Shown here piece after piece: positions 63,271 through 64,000 of a stretch of 64,000 nt of DNA. Location of the stretch: positions 17,106,603-17,170,602 of the forward strand of contig NC_057720.1 in the NCBI RefSeq assembly GCF_004010195.1, written 5' to 3'. The first letter of the stretch is position 1. Each line of letters opens with the position of its first letter. This DNA is from Chiloscyllium plagiosum (Eukaryota). The notes under the pieces were generated by a model. The model was not told the origin of the DNA and did not search any database. It saw only the letters and a list, made by a program, of their open reading frames with translations. The translations under genes were made by a program, and so were the position numbers.

Positions 63271-63412
63271 TAAAAATCACATAACACCTGATGAAGGAGC
63301 GACACTCCGAAAGCTAGTATGCTTCCAATTAAACCTGTTGGACTATAACATGGTGTTGTGAGATTTTTAACTTTGTACACCCCAGTCCAACGCCGGCATC
63401 TCCAAATCATGG
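63271..63412 (+). mobile_element. Short PLE-derived insertion with hammerhead and 11-bp TSD
   Basis: CAATAAAATGT at 63260-63270 and 63413-63423; 5' end TAAAAATCACATAACACC is inverted to internal GGTGTTGTGAGATTTTTA. Confidence 0.8.
63285..63318 (+). ncRNA. Minimal type-I hammerhead ribozyme motif, best-preserved core in the window
   Basis: CAC-CUGAUGA-A-GGAG CGACA CUCC-GAAA-GC-UA-GU. Confidence 0.65.
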
Positions 63413-64000
63413 CAATAAAATGTACAATGGAAAATTTTAACAGATAGCATTTTTTAAAAAGAATCTGCACACAGAATCTATTACAGAATTGCAGGAATGA
63501 AGCATTTGAGTAAATAGTAAAATTGGCATTTAGCTTTAAAATCCGAATAGACTCTGCAGTGCAATACTGACAGAATGATGCACTGCTGAAAATCCTTTCT
63601 TTCAGACAAGAGGTTAAAGTGACGCCCCACCTGTGCACTCAAGCTGAAGTAAAAGATGTAATTGAACAATTCAACAAAAAAAAAAGGCAGGGAATTTTCC
63701 CAAGTGGTTTCTGCAATGTTTATCCTTGAATTAATTACTTTTTCTGCATCTTATTTATTTCTTTGTACTTTTAGCTTGTTAATTTGAAAGTGAAAAAAGG
63801 GCATTCTAATTTTTATCTTGCTTGCTCATTTTTCTGGTTAAAATTAATTAATTGAAATTTTACTTCTACAAAAGGCACAATAAAACACAAAAGAATAGTA
63901 GCCACAAAAATTAGCTTTTATGCCTATATTTTCAACTTTAGGCATCAGTTTGGATGCAACATGCGTGTTGTAGTGATGGATAGCAATATTGTGGGAGTTA

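Noticed and set aside
58044..64000. Search for the TGFBR3 exon 7 equivalent (..LILKC..VNWVIK..)
   Set aside because: Candidate acceptors near 63012 and 61825 give no matching peptide; the exon probably lies beyond the window

Overview
Vertebrate, AT-rich, repeat-dense genomic DNA. The repeat families (HE1-type V-SINEs, CR1 LINEs, Deu-domain SINEs, Penelope-like elements) point to a cartilaginous fish, probably a shark (inference). The right ~60% holds the 3' half of a TGFBR3 (betaglycan) gene on the minus strand. I traced ten coding exons by eye (equivalent to human exons 8-17, 58043 down to the stop at 26832), all with GT-AG sites and compatible phases. A ~3.2 kb candidate 3' UTR carries let-7, miR-181 and miR-15/16 seed matches and three AATAAA signals. 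The upstream exons appear to lie beyond the window. The left ~23 kb looks intergenic and is made of nested transposons. The most unusual signal is a set of at least three Penelope-like (PLE) families carrying minimal type-I hammerhead ribozyme cores (CUGANGA...GAAA-GC/CG-UH). They often occur as fold-back (inverted) insertions with target-site duplications, and one retains GIY-YIG coding remnants inside a Harbinger transposase fossil. PLE hammerheads are a known class, so I cannot confirm a wholly new system. All homology calls rest on recalled family motifs, not database searches, and repeat boundaries are approximate.
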